From positions 648,918-712,917 of the forward strand of contig JAVKEJ010000053.1 in NCBI GenBank assembly GCA_040221475.1: a DNA stretch of 64,000 nucleotides. Reading direction: 5' to 3'. This DNA is from Rhodospirillaceae bacterium (GTDB lineage: Bacteria > Pseudomonadota > Alphaproteobacteria > Rhodospirillales > Rhodospirillaceae). The notes beneath the pieces are model-generated. The model made no database searches, had not been told where the DNA came from, and was given only the letters and a program-made list of their open reading frames with translations. The position numbers and the translations under genes are program-made. The first letter of the stretch is position 1, and each line of letters starts with the position of its first letter. Positions 8,855-18,416 of the stretch are shown here, piece by piece.

Positions 8855-9706
8855 ATGAAAAGAAGAACATTGCTCAAGTCTATGGTAGCCCCATTTATTA
8901 TAGGGGCTTCTGCAACTATACTTCATTCACGCCTTTCCGCAGCTGCGACACCCCCCCTTCTCGACCCGAACAATCCTGATGATCTCTATGTCATTCATCG
9001 CAAGTTGAACTATCGGTTCGATACCGGTTTAGTGTTTTGGTATATACAAGCTGTTCGTAATGGTTTGGTCGACAGCGCGTTCACACCATTTTGGAATATG
9101 GACGTCGGTTTTATTGCAGCTGTACGCGACTTAGATGACACGCGATACGAAGTCAAAACCATGAGTGCTATTTTTTATACAGATCTCGAAACCGGCAAAC
9201 TCATCGATAGTTTCGATAATCCCTATACCGGTCAAAAGATTCCCGTTCGCCAACCAACTCTTAGCGTTTCAGCCCGAGCGCACAACAAAACAGGACTCGA
9301 AGCGCGCCCCCCGCGCCCTGGTGTGGAGATGAAAGAATATGGTGATATCGGACCGGCTTGGGTGATTGGCGATGATGTCTGGTGTCAGGCAGACACCGGC
9401 TTTCGTATCGAGGCAAATGATGAGCGTCCGCAACCGACACAAGTGAACGACTGGTTCACCTACCATGGTTCGATCTCTGAGGTGTCAAATCCTAACGTCC
9501 AAAGTGCACAGGCAACTCAAAACTTCAATGACATCAATACTTGGCCCGCCTGGCTCAACATGGGAGATCACCCAGGCAACTACGTTTCTCGTGGTTTTGG
9601 CCGAAAAGTCGCAAGCATGTCAGCAATGCCAGAATCATGGCAAAAGCTTATGAAGAAACACTACCCAAAAGAGTTCGCTGATCCTCAATCAATAATTGAT
9701 GGATAA
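8855..9706 (+). CDS. DUF1838-family protein with twin-arginine (Tat) leader
   Basis: The internal start MKRRTLLKSMVAPFIIGASATIL...SAAA fits an RR signal (the track ORF starts at 8804). The body aligns by eye with the two other DUF1838-like ORFs in this window. Confidence 0.65.
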   Translation: MKRRTLLKSMVAPFIIGASATILHSRLSAAATPPLLDPNNPDDLYVIHRKLNYRFDTGLVFWYIQAVRNGLVDSAFTPFWNMDVGFIAAVRDLDDTRYEVKTMSAIFYTDLETGKLIDSFDNPYTGQKIPVRQPTLSVSARAHNKTGLEARPPRPGVEMKEYGDIGPAWVIGDDVWCQADTGFRIEANDERPQPTQVNDWFTYHGSISEVSNPNVQSAQATQNFNDINTWPAWLNMGDHPGNYVSRGFGRKVASMSAMPESWQKLMKKHYPKEFADPQSIIDG

Positions 9707-9847
9707 TACAACGTTCACTATATAAATTAGAAAAGTGGATTAATCTTGGGCCAAAGGTTGATTGTGGCCTTAATTAATAATCCATTACATAATTCCGGTT
9801 AGTGTGGTTAAACGTCTTAGATTCTTGCGATTGGCCAATAGAAGCAA

Positions 9848-10675
9848 ATGCCCTCTAACTCTATGCTGAAATCTAACTCGTTCGCATCGAGTTCTAAAAT
9901 CTTGCTGGTTGAACCGGACAAGACCAACCGGTCATTGCTCGCCAGTTTGATTGAGGAATTGCGGCCAGAGCGTTTTATGATCGCAAAATCATTGGCTGAA
10001 GCCCGTTCGGCCATGTCTGACCGTGTGGAACAATTTGATTGTGTGATTTTGGGTGTTAAAAACCCACCCACCAGCGGCTTTCATTTTCTGCAAGATATTA
10101 GAATTGGTGGTGTGCCCCGCACGCCAAGAAACACCCGTGTGATTCTCGTCTCCCCACCTCCCAATCGGGCCATGTTAGCTCTCGCCAAAGCTTTGGACCT
10201 GGATGGTTTCATCGCTATTCCTGTAACTGTTGCCAGCGTAAACAACACGCTGTCGGCAGCTCTAAAACGGCAACGGGAAGCTCAAGAGCCGGGCGTTTAT
10301 GCCGATGTCAAATTGCCGCAACCGGTCAAGAAAAAACTGCCTGTTGAACAAAAGCACGCAACGCCAAATGCAAAAGTTGTGTGGAGTGCAAAAGAGAAAG
10401 AGAAAGCGGAACTGATCCGCTCTTTAAAAGACGGGGTCGCCGCAGACGCCTCTGCCCCGCCAGTACAGCAAGCGCAAATCGACAATATTCGATCCTTTTG
10501 GCTCAAGGACCTACTGCCAGGTATGGTGCTGGCGGAAGAGATACAGGGAGAGAATAAAGAACTTCTCCTCGCAACTGGAACTGTTCTAAACGACTCTCTC
10601 ATTGAAAAGATCAAGAAATTTAGTGAACTAGGTATCTGCCGCTCGTTCTTAAAGGCTGGGTCAGCGCCTGAATAG
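9848..10675 (+). CDS. Pseudo-receiver (REC-like) domain protein with uncharacterised C-terminal module
   Basis: The CheY-like pattern KILLVEPD...FDCVILGVKNPPTSG...VILVS...GFIAIPV has the phospho-acceptor Asp replaced by Gly and the conserved Lys replaced by Ile. The C-terminal LLPGMVLAEEI..G..LLATGTVL module resembles segments seen in front of signalling outputs (from memory). Confidence 0.6.
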   Translation: MPSNSMLKSNSFASSSKILLVEPDKTNRSLLASLIEELRPERFMIAKSLAEARSAMSDRVEQFDCVILGVKNPPTSGFHFLQDIRIGGVPRTPRNTRVILVSPPPNRAMLALAKALDLDGFIAIPVTVASVNNTLSAALKRQREAQEPGVYADVKLPQPVKKKLPVEQKHATPNAKVVWSAKEKEKAELIRSLKDGVAADASAPPVQQAQIDNIRSFWLKDLLPGMVLAEEIQGENKELLLATGTVLNDSLIEKIKKFSELGICRSFLKAGSAPE

Positions 10676-10690
10676 TTTTAGGAGCATTGC

Positions 10691-11929
10691 TTAAAATCGT
10701 GAAGTCTTTTTCATACCAATGACCGTCACAATAATCGCAATTTGGAACACACCTGCTATCAAGAAGACTTGAGCTGCTTGGCCTACATCCAACAACCAGC
10801 CAAATACAAATGGCGCGATAACACCGCCAACATTAAGCCCTGTGGACACGAACCCAAAGACGGTTCCCATCGCATCCTTTGGGGTCACCGAACGCACCAG
10901 TAAATCCCTCGACGGAGCGGTTACGCCTGAAGCCAAGCCGGCGATGCACATCGCAAAAATGATCATGACAATCGTCATATCTAAGAGACCCATAGATAGA
11001 ATCGCTATGCCAGCCGCGATCGTTCCCCAGATCGCGATTAAATCATGACGGGAGGTTTTATCGCTTAGAATTCCGCCAATCAGAATACCGGCGCTGCTTG
11101 CGGCCAGAAACGCCGTAAGGGCTAGATTCGCAGTTGCCAAAGGCATTTCATACATTTGGTCAAATGCTGAAACAGAGAAATAGGACACGCCGACATGGGC
11201 CACCGAGATGAAAAGCCAAAAGACAAAGCCCATCAGGATCGGAAGTGATAGCAACAGGATCGCCGTGCTTTTCAGAGACGGAATTGTTTTCACAGAGGGT
11301 GTGCCGTTTTCATGTTCTACAATTTCCTCGGCAAGCAAAGCCCCATTCATCTGTAATACGCCAGCCACCAGAAGCCCCGCGACGCCGACATAAATCACGG
11401 CGGCGTTCCATCCTAACGATGCAGCCAAAGCCACCATAGTCAGTGGCGCTAACGCGCTGCCCCCAAACCCCGATAACGTATGCATGCTAAAGGCCCGCCC
11501 CATCATATGGGGCGCAACAGCGCGGTTAAGGATAGCGTAGTCTGCTGGATGATAAACTGCATTCGCCAGGCCAGCTGGAACCATCATGGCAAGCAAAACC
11601 CAATACGATGGCACCAGCCCCATCACGATCAAGGCTAGACCTTGCAGGGCGACGGCTCCGGTCAACAGCTTTGGCGCATCAAGCCGGTCAACCAGCATCC
11701 CCATTGGCAACTGGGTTGCGGCACTGACAAGGTTAAAAACCACAATCAGAACGCCCAATTCGGTATACGTCACCGATAAGTCATCGCGAAGAAGCGGAAA
11801 CAAAGGCGGCAGCACAAAAAAGAAAAAATGGCTGTAAAGATGCGCAAAACTCACCAATCCGGTCACCTTGACACTTTTTGTCGTTGGTGGCCCCGCGTGA
11901 TGAGGCAAGCTGGCCCCAGTTTCTGTCAT
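10691..11929 (-). CDS. MFS transporter
   Basis: 412 aa, about 12 hydrophobic segments, typical MFS loop motifs. Confidence 0.8.
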   Translation of the reverse strand: MTETGASLPHHAGPPTTKSVKVTGLVSFAHLYSHFFFFVLPPLFPLLRDDLSVTYTELGVLIVVFNLVSAATQLPMGMLVDRLDAPKLLTGAVALQGLALIVMGLVPSYWVLLAMMVPAGLANAVYHPADYAILNRAVAPHMMGRAFSMHTLSGFGGSALAPLTMVALAASLGWNAAVIYVGVAGLLVAGVLQMNGALLAEEIVEHENGTPSVKTIPSLKSTAILLLSLPILMGFVFWLFISVAHVGVSYFSVSAFDQMYEMPLATANLALTAFLAASSAGILIGGILSDKTSRHDLIAIWGTIAAGIAILSMGLLDMTIVMIIFAMCIAGLASGVTAPSRDLLVRSVTPKDAMGTVFGFVSTGLNVGGVIAPFVFGWLLDVGQAAQVFLIAGVFQIAIIVTVIGMKKTSRF

Positions 11930-11946
11930 AACGATGCCGTCATCAT

Positions 11947-13203
11947 CTAGTTATCAGCCAGTGCTTGTCTTACGTCCGTAATGGGTGTGCCGAGAAACAA
12001 CACAAGTGCTGTCACCGTCACTGTGGCCCCAAAGGCAAAGGGAAGCCAAGGTATAAATTGATACAGCGCCGCCCCGGTTGCTGGCGCGAATAGAAAGGCT
12101 ATGGCTTGACTAGAGGTCGATATACCCGCCAGTCGTCCTTGTGCCTCCGGGCCAGCTGCTAAAGATAGCGATGTATTAATTGCTGGCATAGAAAACCCCT
12201 GTCCTAATCCATTACAGATCATCGCAAACACAAACATGGTTTGAGTTGTTCCAAACCAAACCAGCCCGATCGAGATAAGCGTAATACTCACGCCCATGAC
12301 AATGTAGGTTTTAGCGCTCTGATTCAGCCGCCGTATAAGAAATGCCTGCACGAATACGTTTGAAGCCGCAGCGCACATCAACCCCAACCCCATGGCCTGT
12401 GCCGCCGCAATGGGTTCAAGACTAAATCTGTCCTGAACAAAAAAACCAATGACAGAGAATGTACCGTAGGTTCCGCACATAAAACACACAGAACTGATTG
12501 CAATTCGCAGAATAGGCCCCTTAAGAAGATGGCGGTATTTCACGGCTACGTTGGCAGCACTGGACCGTGTTTTCGGTAAAAAAATGCGGGATGACATCAC
12601 TGCAATGCACCCTGCTCCCCCAATGATATAGAACGGTGCCGACAAACCGAAACCAGTAAAAAAGGCTGATACAGACGGACCGATAATTGCGCCGGTGCTG
12701 GTGGCTGCCGTTAACATTGATATCGCACGGAGCCGATGTTCCCGGGACGACATATCTGCCGCCAATGCCATGGCAGACGGCGTCACGGCCCCCGCTCCCA
12801 AGGCAAATAAAGCTCTGGACCCAACAAGCAACCACAACATCATTATACCGGTAATGAGTCCGCTAATCGCGGCATCCACAATCAGACCAAACATGACCAC
12901 GGAGACCACGAATACGATCCCGCCTATGACAATAACGCGCCGCCTGCCCCAGCTTTCACTCAAAGCCCCCCACATCGGTCCAGTAAACAGCATAAAAAAA
13001 CCATGAACCGACATCACCAAACCAATTTGATAGTCAGCCATACCAACTTGACGCCCGATGGGTGGCAGTATCGTGAACAAAAAAGCCTGGCCCACGATCA
13101 TGATCATCACCGCGTAAAATAAAGTCACGCTGACTTTTAAGGGCAACACGCCGTCTGTGGGGAAATTGGGTGGCGGACTTGGGATCGGAGACGTCACGGG
13201 CAA
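11947..13203 (-). CDS. MFS transporter
   Basis: 418 aa, multi-pass. GPMWGALSESWGRRRVI matches the MFS loop 2-3 motif (G-x3-D/S-R/K-x-G-R-R). Confidence 0.8.
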   Translation of the reverse strand: MPVTSPIPSPPPNFPTDGVLPLKVSVTLFYAVMIMIVGQAFLFTILPPIGRQVGMADYQIGLVMSVHGFFMLFTGPMWGALSESWGRRRVIVIGGIVFVVSVVMFGLIVDAAISGLITGIMMLWLLVGSRALFALGAGAVTPSAMALAADMSSREHRLRAISMLTAATSTGAIIGPSVSAFFTGFGLSAPFYIIGGAGCIAVMSSRIFLPKTRSSAANVAVKYRHLLKGPILRIAISSVCFMCGTYGTFSVIGFFVQDRFSLEPIAAAQAMGLGLMCAAASNVFVQAFLIRRLNQSAKTYIVMGVSITLISIGLVWFGTTQTMFVFAMICNGLGQGFSMPAINTSLSLAAGPEAQGRLAGISTSSQAIAFLFAPATGAALYQFIPWLPFAFGATVTVTALVLFLGTPITDVRQALADN

Positions 13204-13395
13204 CCTAGCTATCGCTTAATAGAAACTGATTTGACCGCTTAACCGATCAAATCACAAGAGTGGTGAGTGATCGGAAGTCATCTCACTCAAATATTACGCT
13301 TAGAGTTATACAAAACCCTCCATCATCTGCTGACGCTTACAAGAAAATAGGTATAGTGGCTATCAGAAAGAGAAGTGATAGCTGGAGATAGATTG

Positions 13396-14199
13396 ATGAC
13401 CCGACCTCGCCGCGGATATACAGATGGACCCTTTGGTCAGATTCACTATCAAGATACAGGAGGAGATGGCGAACCTTTAATCCTTTGTCATCAAGCGCCA
13501 ATTACATCCCGTCAATATGACACCGTCTATCCGCTGCTCGCGGCGAAGGGCCTACGTGCCGTTGGTATTGATACACCAGGCTTCGGACTGTCAGATGAAC
13601 CAGATCATGTTCCAACTATTGAAGAATACGCCACAGCAATTCCTGCTGTAATGGATGCCTTGAATATTCCAAAGGCGAATATCGCTGGCCATCACACCGG
13701 GGCAATGATCGCCACTGAAGTCGCGTTGCAATTTCCTGACCGTATCAAAAATCTAATACTCAATGGCCCCTCGCCCTTCACGCCAGAGGAAGTTGCACAA
13801 TGGAATGCCTTTGTCGACGAGCATGAAAAAGGCTTCGTCCATAAAGAAGATGGCTCACATTTGCAGGAACTCTTTGCACGTCGGTGGCAGTGGGCATTAC
13901 CAGGAACGGATCCCGCTTTGGTCACTCGTTATGTGGTTGAGCAACTACAAGGCTATGGTCCTTTCTGGTACGGCCATAATGCAGCTTTCGCTTACGACCA
14001 TAATGTCACGCTACTGAAAATTACGCATCGAACATTAATTCTGATTAACACAGGCGATCTTGTCTACGAACACGCAAAAAAAGCACACACCATGAGACCG
14101 GATTTTGAATTTAAAGAGATTGAAGGTGGTACGATCGACATTACGGATCAAAAGCCAGAAGAATGGGTAGAAGCAGTCGTCTCCTTCATAACGGGTTAA
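13396..14199 (+). CDS. Alpha/beta-fold protein lacking canonical nucleophile and catalytic His (pseudo-hydrolase?)
   Basis: Alpha/beta hydrolase layout (LILCHQAP oxyanion region, nucleophile elbow NIAGHHTGAMIA). Start chosen at ATG 13396 behind GGAG (the track start GTG 13375 sits inside a hairpin). Confidence 0.65.
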   Translation: MTRPRRGYTDGPFGQIHYQDTGGDGEPLILCHQAPITSRQYDTVYPLLAAKGLRAVGIDTPGFGLSDEPDHVPTIEEYATAIPAVMDALNIPKANIAGHHTGAMIATEVALQFPDRIKNLILNGPSPFTPEEVAQWNAFVDEHEKGFVHKEDGSHLQELFARRWQWALPGTDPALVTRYVVEQLQGYGPFWYGHNAAFAYDHNVTLLKITHRTLILINTGDLVYEHAKKAHTMRPDFEFKEIEGGTIDITDQKPEEWVEAVVSFITG

Positions 14200-14358
14200 T
14201 TTATGTGACAGAGCTTTAAGTGATCAACCGGCTCGATCAAGACAAATCGTTTTTAGACGAAATTGAATCGCTTTAGAATTACTTACTCGGATCTATCTTG
14301 ATCTGCTAACGCTCTATCGGCCAATATGCGCTGATCAATCAGATCAGATATTTTCATA

Positions 14359-15234
14359 ATGCAACAAAACTCCAGAACAACTGATGTCGCCGATGAGCAA
14401 AATGCTCATATGGCCGGTTCATCCGCTGATGCGCCTGTCTCTGACTCCGAGACAAACCCGTTTTCAGAAGAACTTGATGCCGATGAAATCACTGAGGCAT
14501 ACCGCGCTCAACATTCACCTGAGTCAAATGATGTGGTCTCTGACTCATCTCATACTAAAAATGAGCCCTTGGCTGAAGACCACTCCCCAACTGAGTATGA
14601 ATATTCAATTGAGCAAGATCTTGATGAACACGAGTGCCTGCTTGAAGAGAGCGGTGATACGATTCCGGTTTCTATTACAAACAAACGAGTTTTATTGATT
14701 GAAGATGATGATGATACCACTGAAATCCTGAAACAGAATCTCCAAACGCTCGGTATTACCAAAGTGAATGTCGCAACCAATGCTGAGGGCGCACTGAATT
14801 TGCTCGCAACAGATAAAGAAATGTTTCCAGACGTTGTAGTCCTTGAATTGGCCCTTGTCGGCATGGATGGCATACAGTTTCTGGCTCAACTTCGTGCGCA
14901 CAAGAGCAAGAGACTCCAAAACCTGCCGGCGGTGGTCATTACAATGCTGGATAGCCCCAGCATTTTTCGACGGGCGGCGCGTCAGAAAGTCGGTGCCTTT
15001 CTGCGTAAACCTGTGTCTACAGAAGGGTTAAAAAAAGGGATTGAAGCCGCCTTGCGTGGCGACGTCGTTGAGCAACCCTTTAGTCAGCCCAAGTCATGGT
15101 TAGATGACGTTGATGAAGAAGAACTCAAAGAAAAACGTAACTCGATCAAAGCCAAAGCCGCAGCGAAAGCTCAAAAGAAGGGATTTTGGGTTTGGCTTTT
15201 AAACATACTTGTTCCATGGTCAGGGCGTATTTAA
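14359..15234 (+). CDS. Receiver-domain protein with Glu at the phospho-acceptor position, acidic disordered N-terminus
   Basis: REC pattern VLLIEDDDD...DVVVLELALVGMDG...VVITM...FLRKPV (Asp to Glu). The N-terminal ~105 aa are very acidic and low complexity. Lys-rich tail with a short hydrophobic end. Confidence 0.65.
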   Translation: MQQNSRTTDVADEQNAHMAGSSADAPVSDSETNPFSEELDADEITEAYRAQHSPESNDVVSDSSHTKNEPLAEDHSPTEYEYSIEQDLDEHECLLEESGDTIPVSITNKRVLLIEDDDDTTEILKQNLQTLGITKVNVATNAEGALNLLATDKEMFPDVVVLELALVGMDGIQFLAQLRAHKSKRLQNLPAVVITMLDSPSIFRRAARQKVGAFLRKPVSTEGLKKGIEAALRGDVVEQPFSQPKSWLDDVDEEELKEKRNSIKAKAAAKAQKKGFWVWLLNILVPWSGRI

Positions 15235-15254
15235 CGCTGATGGACACCTGAGCT

Positions 15255-15965
15255 ATGAAGAATTTAAGTCACATTTTCCTCGTTACCATTTGCAGTATCC
15301 TGCTCGGTATTTCCACTCTGGCACAAGCTCAAGACAAACCTGGCTTTCTATTTGTCAACGCCACAGTTACCGACTTTGAAAAGCTCGGCGTTTATGGCCG
15401 TGCTCTCCCCCCCGTTTATGCAAAATACGATGGTATTTATAGAATCTTTGGTGGCATCGGTCGTGGCGTTGAGGTTCTGGCTGGCTCCGCCATGCATGAG
15501 TCTGTGATATTCGCAGAATTCAAAAGTTTGAAAGACGTCGAAACGTTCTGGTGGTCGGACGAATATCGGGCCGTCTTTCCATTACGCGAAGGCGCAGGCA
15601 TCTTTGATGTGGTGGGCCTCGCAGGCACCGGAGAACAACCTTATTCCGCCGAAAGCGGCATTCAACCAGCTTATATGTTTACCTTGGTAACCGTTAAAAA
15701 CCCTGAGAAAACCCAAGCTTATATGGAAGCAACCTCAGACTTTACTGCAAATGCTCCAGGACGTTTAATCGCTCTCGCACGCCCTGCTGATATGTCTATT
15801 CTGGAAGGGCCGAAGCCTGAGCATACGATTGAGATCACTTCATGGCCAAGCGTGCAGGCGATTAAATCTTATCTATCTGATCCAGAATTCACAAAAGTGA
15901 ACGCCCTGCGTGAAGAAGCTATGGACTTTACAGTCATGGTCGCCGAAGTGCCAAAACCAAGATAG
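15255..15965 (+). CDS. Secreted protein with two tandem DUF1330 (Dabb-fold) domains
   Basis: Sec-type leader MKNLSHIFLVTICSILLGISTLAQA. Two repeats carry the DUF1330-like pattern (..VIFAEFKSLKDVETFWWSDEYRAV.. and ..IEITSWPSVQAIKSYLSDPEFTKV..). Confidence 0.6.
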   Translation: MKNLSHIFLVTICSILLGISTLAQAQDKPGFLFVNATVTDFEKLGVYGRALPPVYAKYDGIYRIFGGIGRGVEVLAGSAMHESVIFAEFKSLKDVETFWWSDEYRAVFPLREGAGIFDVVGLAGTGEQPYSAESGIQPAYMFTLVTVKNPEKTQAYMEATSDFTANAPGRLIALARPADMSILEGPKPEHTIEITSWPSVQAIKSYLSDPEFTKVNALREEAMDFTVMVAEVPKPR

Positions 15966-15973
15966 CGTCTGAT

Positions 15974-17176
15974 CTAAACCCAAGCTCCAAAGACAAACCA
16001 GCTTGCGCCATTACCATGCTTAGGCGCATCAACTCTACCGTCTATGAACGCTGCAAACTTATCTGCACCAAATGAACTGTAATTCGGAATAAGTGCCTGA
16101 ACATATTTACCTGATTGAAATCCAGCACCTTGACATAGGGCCTTGATATCTTGATTGCGGAATTCTGCATAAAACGGCTCGTTGTTGTTAGAACCAGTAT
16201 CCCAATCCAAATAAAACCCATAATACGGGTCAACTACAGAGTTAGGTGGCAATTCCATATGTATCATCAGTCCACCTGGGCGTAAGACACGGCGGGCCTC
16301 TGCAAAAATGGCCTTGGTCGATTTAACAGGCAACTCATGTAGAAAGAAACTTGAGGTGACGATGTCGAAGCTGTTGTCATCAAACTCTAGATGTTCGGCA
16401 TCTTGCTGAGAAAAGTGTACAGCGCGCCCTTCGTGGGAGGCGACCGCATGTCCGAAACGCAACAGCGGTGCACCGACATCAATGCCATAGGCTTCAATAT
16501 CAGGATACTCATCTAAGTATGGAAACAGGTTCTTCCCCGTGTTGCATCCTAGATCAAGAATACGCTTTGGCGCAAATTCAGGGTGCTTGAGTTTGAGATA
16601 GCGGGCGATGGATTGCCCGACACCACCTGGGTTTCCTTTACGATGCCTGAAGCCACCGCGAAAGACATCTCCGCCGAGGACTTGCACAGCACCTTGCGCC
16701 ACGTCGTCTGACGTGTGCTCCGTATGAAAACAGCCTGGCATGAGATGAACATCCATCGCAGAAACGTATCTGGGTATTTCAAGGTTGGGATTGAGTCTGA
16801 GGGAACCGCCTGCGGGGTTCATATCGGCGGCAACACGCGCTACTTCAATCATATCCGGCAAAGCCCGTTCAACACTCTCTTGCACGGATGCCCAGACCAT
16901 TTCTTGCGCATTATATCGAATAGAACTCCACATGCGGTAAAGCATGTTTTGCTCCATCGCTTTCTTCACGTCACGGGGCGTCTTGGGTTCCGCGCCATAT
17001 ACTTTAAGATAATGCGGTTTTATATGATCTTCGTACTCTTGCCGCATGGTGGCGGACATATTCACCATGACGTGTTTTCGTAGGGCACTGACGAACGCTT
17101 GGCGAGACTCTTCCCCTTGAGTCGTCCGGACCAAGGCAGAAATGTCACTCAGAACAGCTACACCTTGATCCGGCAT
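15974..17176 (-). CDS. Class I SAM-dependent methyltransferase-like protein, leaderless paralog
   Basis: Motif I ILDLGCNTGKN, acidic motif YGIDVG, FDIVTSSFFLHE, LRPGGLMI. About 190-aa helical N-terminal domain. Distant paralog of the next two ORFs. Confidence 0.75.
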   Translation of the reverse strand: MPDQGVAVLSDISALVRTTQGEESRQAFVSALRKHVMVNMSATMRQEYEDHIKPHYLKVYGAEPKTPRDVKKAMEQNMLYRMWSSIRYNAQEMVWASVQESVERALPDMIEVARVAADMNPAGGSLRLNPNLEIPRYVSAMDVHLMPGCFHTEHTSDDVAQGAVQVLGGDVFRGGFRHRKGNPGGVGQSIARYLKLKHPEFAPKRILDLGCNTGKNLFPYLDEYPDIEAYGIDVGAPLLRFGHAVASHEGRAVHFSQQDAEHLEFDDNSFDIVTSSFFLHELPVKSTKAIFAEARRVLRPGGLMIHMELPPNSVVDPYYGFYLDWDTGSNNNEPFYAEFRNQDIKALCQGAGFQSGKYVQALIPNYSSFGADKFAAFIDGRVDAPKHGNGASWFVFGAWV

Positions 17177-17202
17177 AGGAGACGCCTTTAAATTTTAATG
17201 GC

Positions 17203-18402
17203 CTAGGTTTTCTTAACGCCCATCAAATTATAACGACTACGCCAGGCAGGCGGTCCTTCGCGTGTGACCTCGAAACCCGCATCAGCCATAACTTTGGGGA
17301 AATCAAAGCGGGCATACTCTTCACGCCAAACTTCCTCATTCCAGCGATGATCTTTCCACTGCGAGTAACGAATGTAAGCTGTGTTGGCAGAAGACGCTGA
17401 ACCAGTCAGAAAATCAATGGGAAAGAAAACGCCACCGGGTCTTAAAATACGGTGGACTTCGGTCGTGACTAATTTTGATATTTGTTCCGGCAACTCATGA
17501 TGAAGAATGTAAGATGCCACAATGTCAAAATGATTATCAGGGAATTTTGAATCCTCTGCCATGCGTTGTGCAAAATTTACATCAATGCCTAACTCTGCGG
17601 CGCGCATGTGTCCGTAGCGGACCATAGGCCCGCCGGCATCAATGCCCCACACCTCAGCACTTGGAAAACGCTCTTTGAGTGCGACCGCCAACTGCCCAAT
17701 ACCACATCCAATATCAAGGATGCGCATTACTTTACCGTCTGGGGGTTCCGGCACTTGGCTGCCTAACCGGGTATGCAATTCATCCTGATAATTTGTCAGC
17801 TTACGGCCGTTATAGAAATTATTCGTGCTGTAGTGATAAATATGGCCCGCAAACGGATTGCCGACATAGCCACCGGGCTGCGTGTGAATTTCATAGCGGG
17901 CGTACTCTGGGATTTCCATGTCCGGGTTCAATTCCAAGGTCCCTGGACCCTGCCCATCAAAGGCTTCCATTTCTGCCAAGTAGACTTCAGCATTACTCTT
18001 AAACTCAGTATCAAAGTTGCGATGCATAACATCATGCACACCAGTTCTATAGCGAGCCTCCATGCCTAAAATATGATCGCCTTCAATGGCGGCAAAGATA
18101 TCTTCCATTGGTGTATCAGGAGACTCCGGATCAATTCCGGCCTTAACCATCAAGTCATCGAAGCGCTTTCTTGCGGCGGGTAGAGCGCGATCACTCCCCC
18201 AGGTTCTATAGCCCGTGAGAAAGTCATCTCGGCTCTCGACATCTAAATTCGCGAGACGCTCCAGTCGGCCGCGCGTGCCTCGAGGTTCGTTATCGAAGTC
18301 AAAAGAGCCTGATGCGGCGGATGCTGATCGACCTTTCAGCATTGAGGACGCAATACCCCCTAACCCAGCAAGAGCAGAAAACACAGTGCGACGGTTAGTC
18401 AT
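17203..18402 (-). CDS. Class I SAM-dependent methyltransferase-like protein with twin-arginine leader
   Basis: MTNRRTVFSALAGLGGIASSMLKGRSASAA leader. Motif I ILDIGCGIGQ, WGIDAGG, FDIVASYILHHE, LRPGGVFF. Confidence 0.75.
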   Translation of the reverse strand: MTNRRTVFSALAGLGGIASSMLKGRSASAASGSFDFDNEPRGTRGRLERLANLDVESRDDFLTGYRTWGSDRALPAARKRFDDLMVKAGIDPESPDTPMEDIFAAIEGDHILGMEARYRTGVHDVMHRNFDTEFKSNAEVYLAEMEAFDGQGPGTLELNPDMEIPEYARYEIHTQPGGYVGNPFAGHIYHYSTNNFYNGRKLTNYQDELHTRLGSQVPEPPDGKVMRILDIGCGIGQLAVALKERFPSAEVWGIDAGGPMVRYGHMRAAELGIDVNFAQRMAEDSKFPDNHFDIVASYILHHELPEQISKLVTTEVHRILRPGGVFFPIDFLTGSASSANTAYIRYSQWKDHRWNEEVWREEYARFDFPKVMADAGFEVTREGPPAWRSRYNLMGVKKT

Positions 18403-18416
18403 ATTTTATCTCCGGT

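Noticed and set aside
9740-9800. Nested inverted repeats after the first DUF1838 gene as an intrinsic terminator
   Set aside because: The arms TGGATTA/TAATCCA and GGCCA/TGGCC are interrupted by large internal loops and are not followed by a T-run. The structure is too weak to call.
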